Shown: piece by piece, positions 1 through 11,400 of the stretch
Layout of the letters: every line of letters begins with the position of its first letter
Numbering within the stretch: the first letter of the stretch is position 1
NCBI GenBank assembly: GCA_030141605.1
Contig: JAQGDQ010000197.1
Span: forward strand, 124,001 to 188,000
Direction: 5' to 3'
Length of the DNA stretch: 64,000 nucleotides
From: Tubiluchus corallicola
Lineage: Eukaryota; Animalia; Priapulida
Program-made: the position numbers and the translations under genes
The notes under the pieces: generated by a model
What the model saw: only the letters and a program-made list of their open reading frames with translations
Told to the model about the DNA's origin: nothing
Database searches by the model: none

Positions 1-2
1 CT

Positions 3-1786
3 TCAAGTGTGAAATCTAGAAATAAAATTTTTGCTACGATGCTGGTGAGTAAGAAACCTATCGTTTTCTGATTGACAGTGGTGCAACATGCAATTTGATA
101 CCAGCAAATTTTCTGCCTTTCAATCAGTTGATTGATCATAGTGAGAAAAAATGGCTTTACACGTATGCTGGAGGAACAACTGAACCAGTGGGTAGTTGTG
201 TTGTTAAAATGATAAATCCTAAAAATGGTGGAAAGTATAAAGTGAAATGTGTTGTAGTGCAAGAAAATCTTTTACCTATAATTGGTAATTCTGCTGCTCA
301 GCAAATGAATTTGCTGGACGTGAAGCATGAAAATATTCTAGGTGTTGATAGTTCTTCAACTGCAGATAGAGAATTAACCAAAGATGTTTTGCTAAGTGAT
401 TATGCAGATGTGTTTGAAGGTCTAGGTAAACTTCCTGGAAAACTGCACTTAGAAGTAGATTCTAATGTACCCCCTGTAGGACATCCACCTAGACGCGGAC
501 CTGTTGCTTTGAAGGATGACTTAAAGAAGGAGCTAGATAAACTTGAATCTCAAGAAATTCTTTCTAAAGTCACGACTCCTACAAATTTCGTATCTAGCCT
601 TCTTGTTCTACGAAAATCAAACAACCAGCTGAGAGTCTGAATAGATCCTCAGGATCTAAATAAAGCTTTGAGGCAAAACCACTATCCTCTAAAGACTATT
701 GAAGATGTCTTGCCAGATTTGAGTAAGGCCAAAGTCTTCAGTATTTTTGATGCCAAGAATGGATTTTGGCAAGTGGAACTAGATGAATCTAGCTTTTACT
801 TAACCACTTTTAATACACCTTTCGGACGTTATCGTTGGCGACGTATGCCTTTTGGCATATCGGTTGCTCCTGAAGAGTACCAACACAGACAAGATGAGGC
901 TCTAGAAGGTTTAAAGAATGTTATGAGTGTAGCAGACGACGTGTTACTTATTGGCAATGGAGCGACACTAGAAATTGCAAATAAAGATCATGATGAAAAT
1001 GTCCGAGCTTTTATGCAACGTTGCAGAGAGAAAAATTTAGTCTTAAACAAAGAGAAAATTAAGCTGCGACAGAGTAAAGTACAGTTTATTGGTCATGCAT
1101 TAACAAGTGAAGATCTGATGCCTGATCCAGACAAAGTTAAGGCTATTGTAGAAATGCCTGCCCCACAAGATGTGTCTGGTGTACGGAGACTTCTGGGATT
1201 AGTTAATTATCTATCTAAATTTGTTCCTAACTTAAGTGACATGTGCAAGCCACTTAGAGAACTTACCGAGAAAAATGTACTGTGGCACTGGGATGAAACC
1301 CAGGGGAAAGCATTCCAAACTATACAATCAGCTATCTCGCAGGAACCTGTACTGCGTTACTATGATCCTAAAGAAGAAGTCACCTTACAATGCGATTCTT
1401 CTGAGAAAGGTCTTGGAGCTGCCATTATGCAAAATGGACAACCAGTGGCTTATGCCAGTAGAGCATTGTCAGAAACTGAGACAAGGTATGCTCACATTGA
1501 AAAAGAGCTACTTTCATGTGTTTTTGCAGTTACAAAGTTTCATCAGTATGTTTATGGCTGTCGTGTAGTGGTCCAGACAGACCATAAGCCCTTGGTAGCT
1601 GTTATGCAAAAACCACTTCATTCAGCACCAAAGCGTTTACAGTCTATGCTAGTTAAACTTCAATGTTATGATCTGAAGTTAATTTACAAACCAGGACCTA
1701 CAATGTATGTAACTGATACACTAAGCAGAACTTATCTACAAAATCAGCCAGACTTAAAACAGACTACAAAGTCAGAAAACCTTTGA
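3..1786 (+). pseudogene. pol: Gypsy pol pseudogene (protease, reverse transcriptase, RNase H)
   Basis: Frameshift near 59-62. In-frame TGA at 638-640 where Gypsy RT normally reads LRVCIDP; ORFs 95-640 and 668-1786 share a frame. Ends after RNase H with no HHCC or DDE integrase. Confidence 0.9.
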
Positions 1787-2511
1787 GGTTCAGAGAATGA
1801 ACTCTGTATAGTGATTTTGTTGTTTTTTGCAAACATGTTTAAATTTACATGTATTCATTTTGAGACCAAGTTTGTGTTTTTTTGGGGGGGATAATTGAAC
1901 TTGTAGTCTTACACTTTGAAATGATTATGAATAATTTGTTTGTCAAATTGTTCAGTGACTAGGAATGATGAGAATTAAGAACATTATACTTATTTACTTG
2001 CAGTATTATAGTTTGTTGATCTGTATTATCATTGTACATTTTGCAACTTTTGCACAAGTTTAGATACAACCAGTTAATTTTAATACATGTATGTGCCTAT
2101 GTTACATTGTTAGTAGATAGATTGACAGTATGCAGTTACTATTTTGATTTCAGTTATTGGAGTTACTGATGGATTTGAAGTTCAAGTCTAGGTTTTCACT
2201 GAGAATAAAAGTGATTTCAATTGAAATTCACTGTAGAAATTGAAAAACTTAAGCTCTTATTAATGTTGCTGGTGAAATCGAAACAAGAAGTGTTGTATTA
2301 ATGTGTTTCTTGGTGCTCAAAGTTGTTTTAAGTTTCAGTAATATTTGTATTCTACTTGATTCAGGATTGTTCATTGAGTTCATTAGCATTTGATAACTTG
2401 CCAGTAGGCACACTGTCAACTACAGTTGATACTACTTCTGAATTCTAGATGAACACTTATTTAGCCTGACTTAGTTAACAGAATTTGTTTTCAACTTTAA
2501 AGAAGGGAAGG

Positions 2512-2695
2512 TGTAACAATACCATAGATATGGTTTGTGCAGATCAAAGATCTTTGTTATTGCTTAGCAGTGTTCTGCATTCTAGACTGTCATGCTGCTC
2601 TGATCTTCTTTGTTTAAGTTCCTAATTAGTTTAATAAATACTACTTTATTATGCACACATTTGTCTGGTTGCTAATATTATTGTAGCGTGTAACA
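2512..2695 (+). repeat. 3' LTR of the Gypsy element (184 bp)
   Basis: Starts TGTAACA directly after PPT aaagaagggaagg (2499-2511), contains AATAAA at 2633-2638, ends TGTAACA at 2689-2695. The 5' LTR is not in the window to confirm the right boundary. Confidence 0.7.
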
Positions 2696-3864
2696 ATAGG
2701 CAACTCATAAGAACTGATTTCGGTGATCAACAGACAAAATAACTAAGATCAGGCAAGAGGAGTAACGTGTTTCATGTCTTCCTTACAAAGACAGGCAAAT
2801 ATTAAAAGATCTCTCAATGACGACAAATGATTTGTGATTGTCTTCTTTTCAGAACTGTGAAATGCGTGAGCGGCAAATTAATCATGTAATTATTCACAAG
2901 TAGTAAGTTTGAATAAATATCAAAACAATTAGGCTAGGCACCATCTGTTACAAACAATATTTTAATACTAAAGTTGTCTACTTTTTAATGTAAGAAATTT
3001 TTAAATAAAATAAAAAAACATCAGAGATTTGTTAATCATTATTATCATCAAAAATAATGAGTAAAGAAATATATTAACGATAAGTAAAAGTTGCAATTTC
3101 ATTTAAGCTGCTCAGCACATGCACTTGTGGTCCTTTGACAAGAGGTTCTCAGTCCATCTACTTGACAAGTGATACACTGATAATTTTTAAAGTGTTGAAG
3201 TGTTCTTTAGCTAGAGGTGGTCCTTTTACAGCCCACCGATCTTGTAACTCACTGAGATAACAGTTCATTAAGGCTGAAATTTTTCAGTATCAGCATTCAC
3301 CGTTAGAGTTCCTTATGGCTGAAACTCATCAAACTGATCACTTCCTAGTAAGATTCAAGTTTACTGTTGAATATTAGAGCCAGAGATCACACAAGGCCGA
3401 AAACCTATTAATGTTATTCATTCAACAATAAGAGATAATACTAAATCTTATAATAAAGTGAATAGTAAGATATATTTGGCTGACAATGATTGACCTAGTG
3501 GTCACGAGAGTGCAATTCGTCACCAAGGTAAGCCATGGCGTAGTTGGTCAATGAATGTCATGACTATACCTGGGAAGTTTCATTTGCTGATTCTGGCTAT
3601 TTACCTCGCTGAGGAGGACGTATAAAATACATGTATATGCACCCAAACAGTTCAGTATTTCACCTTAGAGGCATACCCTCTGAAATGAGCCAGATCTGGT
3701 CTTCCTAAAAAATCCAACTCAAGTAAGCTTTGTCGCTGTATACACATGCCAGAGTTCAGTGTGCCATTTTTTGTAAAAAAAATCTACTGAAAATAATATA
3801 ATTGCAAACAAAAAACTTTACTGAGCAAATAACATACAAAACTTTGTCAAAGTACTATCTTATA

Positions 3865-3899
3865 TGTGTGTGTGTGTGTGCATGCGTGCGTGTGTGTGT
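3865..3899. repeat. Interrupted (TG)n microsatellite
   Basis: tgtgtgtgtgtgtgtgcatgcgtgcgtgtgtgtg read directly. Confidence 0.85.
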
Positions 3900-4862
3900 A
3901 TCCTATATATTTTTATAGAGTTAAGTGTCAGTCCAAGGACAATTATGACAAAAATACTGAAAAAAAAAGTGAACACCAGCCTATAATAATACATTGCAAA
4001 TTCGTTTATGAGAGAGGATAAAAGATTACTGTCATGCACATCAATAACTTTGATCTAGTCAATTCTATAGCCCTAGCACCAATTGGCTTACAATGAGCTC
4101 CAGTTTCTCGTGTTCTGTATTCCAAGTTTCCAACCCACTGAACACAGCCATATTTTCTTTGCCAATGAGTCAAATTGACTCTTATGTCAACAGACAAATC
4201 TCAGTATAACAGTGTTATTCAGCACTGTTTCTGCGGTTGAACACTTGCGTGATATCCGGACGTGCAGTTACACCTAGCGGATCTAATACATAGAGTACCT
4301 GTTGTTTAGTGTATATATCTTGTAGATTTACAGTTACACTCTGTCTATACTGATTCAGTTGGAAATAATATCCTATATGTGCATACTTGGTAATAAACTA
4401 CAAACAGTTCCCACATAAAGGACATTGCTAAAAATGACAGATGGCACGAAATAGGTAGATGTACGTAGACTAACTCATATGATTAACTAATGTGCCACAA
4501 AGGAGCACCTAAATTCAGTAGTTACTAATACGTTTACTGCTGAAGTTATCGATTTTTCAATCTTTGCCTCCTAGGAATTTCTCAGCACATTCAGTGCAGC
4601 AGTGGTTCATGTTATTCTTCTATCCATTTTCATTTAAATGTTATATTTATCTGTTGTTTGTCACTTAGTGCTGCTATTGCACATTTAGTATGCACAATTT
4701 TACAAAATTATAACAGAAGATTATAATCATTAGTGCATGCTATCATTGTCCATATCACATAATTTATAACATACTGAAACTTCCAGACAGCAAGTGTAGC
4801 CAAGACATAACAGGTAGGTTCTTGTTAATATTAGCTTATACTGTTGTACATTGTAGTGCATC

Positions 4863-5225
4863 CCGGCCCACCAAGAGAATTTTTGGGCCCCAGGGCAAAA
4901 GGAAACTTGGCCCCCTCCTCCAGTTCTCCAAATAATGACACTCAAACTAAGTCCACCATGGTGTGTCATAAGCAAGGAATTAGTACAACAAAAATTTTAA
5001 CGATTGTCATAAAAAGCAAAAAATATACATTTAATATGTTATGTTATGCATTTTACTTTGAAGCAGAATAATGTAGTTTTAACTATACCAACTTATGGAT
5101 GGTTTTGGTATGCAAGCACACATTTTATTTTGTTTGCCTTGCTCAAGGTACACCCTCGTTTTTTCATCATTCTTCTTATGGGACCCCAAGTGTCGCCCCG
5201 GCTGACCCCCTTTTCAGCGGGCCTG
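4863..5225. mobile_element. Non-autonomous hAT-type MITE
   Basis: Perfect 8-bp target-site duplication agtgcatc (4855-4862 and 5226-5233); imperfect TIRs ccggccc.../...gggcctg; GC-rich ggcccc subterminal motifs. Confidence 0.8.
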
Positions 5226-6159
5226 AGTGCATCTATACCATCTATGATCTATAGTTTATAAATGTGTGTGACTATATACACGATGTTGGTAAAATAAATC
5301 ATAAAAGCAAACTAAAGAGGCTTTCAAGTTTTTTTATAGATTAAGATCTGAATCTTAAGATGCCTATAGGCCATCTGCCCTATAGGCAGATGCCTTATAG
5401 GCTATAAAAGTACATACATGTTTTCATCATTGTAAAGTCTACACAGTTTTGTTTTCCATTTTGCTGTTGTTCATATCACATTTCAATTTTTAAATGCAAA
5501 AGTATATCCTGCTTATTAAGTTCAGTACTTAAACTAATAAAGATATTCATGCAACATCAAGCATGGATAAGCAATGAAGGTAGTTAGGAAGGCAGCATAA
5601 AAATATTATGTCCTCCAGGAGCTCTTAATTAGAACGTCAGAAACTAAAGCCCATGAGCTCGAACGTGTATGTTGTTGCTTTGCATTTTTTTTAAATAAGA
5701 AAGTACGAAGTCTGGGTTTGCTGCAGCCCAAGAAAACGGTCTACTGTGCAGATTTCCAGGAAAAGCCAACAGATCAGTTAAGGAGAAATTAAGGTTGTTT
5801 AACAAGAATTTCTTCGCACTTAAAAATAAAGTAGACTTGAGGCTAAATGTATCAAAGTGTTGTGTTTGAATAGGTGAAATTGTTTGGATTAGAAGATTTC
5901 ACTCAAGTGATACTGTACACTGTTAAGGGCAAACACTACAGTTACTGAAAGCTTTTTTCAACTTTTTTTGTCAAAAATTGATATTTAATTTGTCTAAGGT
6001 AAGCAAATGCATTCACATATAATTTTGCATGAAAACCCATTGTGTGAGGAGCAGAATATAAAATAATCACTGCTTAGTGAGAGCAGTTTTTCATGAACCC
6101 ATGCAAAATGTAGCAAACACTTCCGGTCCTGAATGAGTTAACCAAGTAAATTTACTTAC

Positions 6160-8213
6160 ATCCAGATAGTTTGATAAAGGTTCGGGAGTCGGTCCACCAT
6201 ATTTTGAGTGCTTTGCTGTAAGGACTTCAATATCAGTGTTGACCTTCTGCAGAGATCTTCGAACTGTTTCCATTCGAATAAGCTCAATCCTGCAAAACAC
6301 GTGATTTAAGCTAATTTATCGAACAAACTATTTAACACATCAGAACTGATAAAATGTATGAGTTCTAAATTTACGTTTTTCAGGATCTAGTATTTAACTT
6401 GATTATGTTTGCTTTACAGTGCTAAGAACAAAGGATTGCACAGCTTTCTCTGGCAACGATATTGAAAAAAGATCTTGAAAAAAGGGGTAAACTAAACATG
6501 ACTGGCACACCTACTCCATTGCAAACTGACTATGATTTTTGAAATCGAATACGTCATCACTGCACATGAGTTAGGACAATTTATATGCCAAATTTGCACA
6601 TCATTTGTGTCTATGCAACAAAGATGGACAGACAGAACAGTCACCAGCCTTTATACCTTTCAATCTCAGTAACACTTAGAGTAGAACTAATGCAGAGGAT
6701 GAGCTGTAGTGTATTGTTTATGTCGAGCACAATGCCTCATTAGCGCTTAACATGTGAGAGTAATGTAAATCGTACTAAACTATTTTGTAATCTTGACATT
6801 TGACCTTTCCCCCATTGTATTTCTACTAAAGATCTAGCAAACGTCAACAGCTCATGAGTCCCAAGTTTAAATGTAATTTAATTACTTATAGATTACTTAC
6901 TTATATATTACACGAACTTATGATGGTGAACTGTGTTAAACAAACAGTGTACTGAATGATCCTGTAGTTTAGCCCAGAAAACTACATTTTTAGCACATAA
7001 TATTCTATACGCAATTTTCTCAGCGAATAGTTATAAATTATTCAATTTTCCTAGGAAGCCTGGTGTTTTTTTTTAACCATATATAATGGTTAAATATTTT
7101 TTGTAATCACGCTGTGCAGAAAGTAGGTAGGATAGGCTGGATGACTCACAAGTCCTTACTTCAAAAGTTGTAAGAGTGTTAGTATATAGAAAATGCTTTC
7201 GAAGCACTCCCCTCAGTGCTTGTTTAAAAGACTCAACATTGGGGTTTTTTAACAATATCACTGCCTAGATTGTTCCACTTTTGCACAACACGGTTGGAGA
7301 AAAAGTACTTCCTTATACTAATCATTACACTTTTCATTAAATAACTAATGTAACTAAAAAGAAGATTTAACAATATTTGTTGTATTAGTAAGTGTTTTGT
7401 TTGTATAATAATAGTGTCATTATATTTCATAATTGGAATTGTATATATGTCTTGTTTTTTTTGCATATTTCAAAATTGTATGTATGTCTTGTATGTATTT
7501 CCGACACTAATAAATAAATATCTAAATATATTTGTGCATGAATATCTGACATGTAGTTTTTGTTCATGACCACGTAATTATGACACTGATTCATGACTAT
7601 GACCAACAAGGGTTATTATTTAACACTAAAGGTTATATTACTCTATAAGGGTTGAATTACTGCATTTTTATCAATACCTTGTTTTTTAAAATTCATTTTT
7701 GGCATTATTATTTTTTCCATATGACTAGCATTTAGCTGGACAAGAAAGGATAAACATGAATTGCAAAATCAAAAGCAATGATCCAGTTTCTTTGTTTTTG
7801 CCAGGGCATTTTTTGTGCAACACAAACTGTGCTGATCATACGACGAACCGTAGCCGTTTCCCTGAAAAATTTCTTGGGTTAAGCCTACAGGCTATACTAG
7901 TCTTTCCTTTTATTAGTGCGTTACTTATGTACACTTCCTCTTAAGTAATGTACACTTCCTCTTATGTAACTTTTCGCTCTTAAGGGGAGTAAACATTGTG
8001 AAAAGTTTATTGAGTCATAAGACTGTAATAACAGTATTTGATAACAACACTTGATAATAGTAGTGTTATTCTAAGATATTTATTCTGTAAATTTCAAAAC
8101 CTAGCTAGGGCTAACCTTTGCAGATCATCTACATGTTCCTTGTTTTTGAACATAACAACATAGCCAGACGTCAAAGGAATTAACAGGAAGAAAAATATAG
8201 CTATCGTATCCAT
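6160..8213 (-). CDS. CTSD: Cathepsin D-like lysosomal aspartic protease, exons 1-2 (partial)
   Basis: Exon 1, 8213-8116: MDTIAIFFFLLIPLTSGYVVMFKNKEHVDDLQ, signal peptide, donor gttagc. Exon 2, 6289-6160: RIELIRMETVRRSL...GGPTPEPLSNYLD, an A1 propeptide plus the PEPLxNYLD motif, donor gtaagt. Phases join in frame. The expected next exon (AQYYGxIxIGTP) was not found in 1-6159. Confidence 0.82.
7150..7330 (-). mobile_element. CR1-type LINE 3' fragment
   Basis: Frameshifted IRKYFFSNRVVQKWNNL...NVESFKQAL, typical of the CR1 ORF2 C-terminus. Confidence 0.7.
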
Positions 8214-8460
8214 TATTTTAACTGATGACTTTATATTTTTCTAAAATTTAGTAAAATTGAAAGCTGAAGAAAGAAGCGGTGAGTAATCTACACGCGAACA
8301 CAAATACAAAAAACAAAACAGATGATCATGCACGTGATCGATCGATTAGCGATCACTTTTGGACTGCATAAGACCGAAAGATGGTAGCCCCCGTCTACTT
8401 AGAGCTTTTGTTATTAGAATCATTTTGATAATTCAATCAAAGAAAAGTGTTAAATTGAAA
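8214..8460. promoter_or_regulatory. Putative bidirectional promoter and 5' UTRs between the cathepsin D-like gene and C2CD5, with a CACGTG E-box at 8331-8336
   Basis: Divergent ATGs only 247 nt apart; local CpG enrichment; gCACGTGat. Confidence 0.6.
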
Positions 8461-11400
8461 ATGCCAGGGAAACTGAAAGTGAAGATAATTGCTGGGCGTA
8501 ACTTGCCTGTAATGGATCGTGCTAGTGATTTAACTGATGCATTTGTTGAGGTAGACACAATAATTATTAAATATTATGGTAAACATTAACTAAGGTCATC
8601 ATTATTTACATTCGAATCTTTCTCCCGTACATATATTGCAGAATATTAATTAACAACATAATATTTCCAAAGGCATTTATTTAACATGACGTTTTGGAGG
8701 AATCCCCTTGTATAATCATATGACACTAAAATCTTCAAAAATTATACCAAAATAAGAATCAGACTTGCCTGTACAACTGAGTAAGTACTTTTATTAAGGA
8801 TTCAACATAAAAACAACATAAAAACATGTTTATTTTTCTTAATCGACATTACATATATTTCAAATTAGTACAGTATTCACAGCTGTTTAAATAAATTGTG
8901 ATGAAACTGAAAGGACATTATTAGTTAATATTACTGTTGTGTTTCTTTCTCTTGGACGGCTCGTAGGGAAAACAAGAAAACACATTGTCAAATCAAACAG
9001 GTTTATTGTGTGAGAATTCTATAACACAAAGTATGAAGGAACTGAAAATATGTACAGTCAAATTGCATATGCAACTGCGTGCGAGAATGTGTGAATCTGA
9101 GAATAATAATGAGCGGCCAGCTCTGCCTTACATATCAGTGCAAATGGACAACACCAGAACAATCTAGAAACTACTACGCGCACAGCGTACCAAATAGTAG
9201 GTTCTAGAATCTACAATTGCTTCTATCGTTACAATAAACTTTCGCTGCGCATGTACACAAGGTAAGAAGATTGTTCTACTATTCTTTAGAACATTCTACA
9301 ACTTTCTATTCGATTCTAATGGATCTCCACAAGAATTACAAAATACAAAAATAATTTCATCTCCATATCCAAATCAATGTAATTCGACAAAATGTGCATG
9401 CAAGTCCTTCACAAAAGGAGCTGTTTGTCGCAATGGAAAATTTCCTCACAAAAACTGAAAAAAATTTATGGTGGTGTGACTCTGACACTGACGAAACATG
9501 GGCACTAATGGTGTCTGCTTGTTTAAATGTTCTGTGCTATCTTTAAAAGAGCAAAGATCTTCAATCATCGCATCAAAATTTTTTTGATCAGCGTCTCCAC
9601 ATGACAGTATATCTGCTAGCTTGAAATTAGATAAGCCTGTTTGCCAGGCAATGTTGTATAACAGCACATCCCATTGATTAGAATAAAGCACATGCTCAGG
9701 CATAAAATGTTCAATAGGTTCCACTGAACCACACTCACAGAGTGGAGAATTAACACTTTCGATCCTATGAAGATAGTAGTTAAGTTCAGTGTAGCCCATA
9801 CATAATTGAAGAAGTTCTGAAAACTATGGTTGTGATGGAAAATCAAGCCTAGTTGAAGATCACAGAAGAACACAAATTATAGGAGAATCTACCATACGAA
9901 GGGTGATTCCACCGAAACTGCCATTTATGAAGTAAAGTATTCCGGCTTGCATTTTTGAAACCTTGCACAGTGTAAAGGCAGGAATTTGCGTCCATGACTA
10001 AGCATCATTGCCAGCATTTTTATGTTTTTGATCGCAGTAGCACCAGAGAATGATTTGAGATGGACATTTCGCACTGTGCTGATACAGCACTCATACAGAA
10101 TCTCATACAGTATTGTGCTGAAGCAGCTGCTGGGTGAAAGAAATATTCCTTCTGGAATTGCCATAAATTTTTATATAGGCTAAGTGAAGGGAGACATCTA
10201 AATTAAAGTGGTGGCATTGGGTGCTTTTCAGTACATATAGCAAAGTACCTTTCATTTTAAATTTTGTTTTTTTTCTGTTTTAGGTTAAATTTGGTAGCAC
10301 AACGTACAAAACTGATGTTTATCGTAAATCACTGAATCCAAAATGGGATTCAGAATATTTTAGATTTGAGGTGGATGATGAGGAACTTCAAGATGAACCA
10401 CTCCAGTTGAGGTACTATTGCTACCATTGCTTTGTAAATTTATTTAGAAAGGCGTACGAGTAATTGTGCAGCATATGCAGATACATACTTTTGTGTTTTC
10501 TCTTATTTCATATCAGCATAAAGAATAAGCATGATAAAGAATTGAGTTGCTGTTTTCTAGTTTTCAAAGTTACAGAACATAAATGTAGAAATATTGCGTC
10601 TTTAAAGGTTGGATAAGGTCAATCAAACTTGGCGACTTCTTGAAGGTCATGCGAAAGTCAGCGTAAACGAACAATTACCATATTTTAAAAAAGGCTGTTA
10701 CATGTCATATCTATTTAAAGATAGTCCGGAAATAGAGAGCTAGAAAGCACAACAAAACAAAAAGGATCTGAGCCTACTGTCCCGTTTGAAAGCATCACCA
10801 GAATATGAATGACGTGCAATATGGAACGTATTTGCAGCAGATATTGCACATATATCATGCCACAGTGCTCTTCATTTGAATTTATTCCTATTATAAAAGG
10901 TGAATAAAAAAGAAATGGATTTATTCTTATTTTTTCAGGGTTTTGGATTATGACACTTACAGTGCGAATGATTCAATAGGCATGGTTTACATAGATCTTA
11001 ACCCTTTGCTTATTTCTCCAGAAGTAACTGAAATATCTGGCTGGCTTCCAATCTATGATACAATGCATGGTATAATTTTCATTTGTTATAGTAACACGTA
11101 AACGATGATACTTAGAGAGTAGCTTTGCTCATTTAACATTGATTTGAAATTTACAACAATAGTGTAACATTTGATGCAGCTGAATGATTGATTAGAAATG
11201 CACAAGTTGTTTTCTTTTCTTTTTTGATGTTCTAAGTATATTTTATTTTAGGATTTCGAGGTGAAATCAAATTGGTGGCCAAAGTGGATTTGTTTACCGA
11301 TTTCAATAAATTTAAGCAATCGTCTTGTGGTGTGCAGTTCTTTTGCAGTAAGTGATTTATGTTGATCTTTGTACAGTACATTAGAGTATAAAACAGGGCA

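Larger units (their letters stand above)
1..2695 (+). mobile_element. Defective Ty3/Gypsy LTR retrotransposon (protease-RT-RNase H, integrase deleted, 3' UTR, PPT, 3' LTR); 5' part lies outside the window
   Basis: Protease motif FLIDSGATCNL at 65-97; RT motifs (DAKNGFWQV, TPFGRY, MPFGI, VADD); RNase H motifs (LQCDSS, YASRAL, TDHKPL); purine tract 2499-2511 abutting a TG...CA repeat. Confidence 0.93.

Noticed and set aside
638-640. In-frame TGA at a conserved Cys position of Gypsy RT as selenocysteine or programmed readthrough
   Set aside because: The element also has a frameshift and lacks integrase; a single TGY-to-TGA nonsense change is the simpler explanation and no SECIS was recognised.
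1236-1568. 110-aa ORF overlapping pol
   Set aside because: Alternative frame of RT/RNase H with no recognisable motif.
6417-6499. Alternative first exon for the cathepsin D-like gene
   Set aside because: The ATG frame hits a stop before any usable donor; 8213-8116 gives a clean signal peptide and the correct phase.
8897-9331. Possible solo LTR (TGTG...CACA, polyA signal on the - strand)
   Set aside because: No matching target-site duplication and no second copy in the window.
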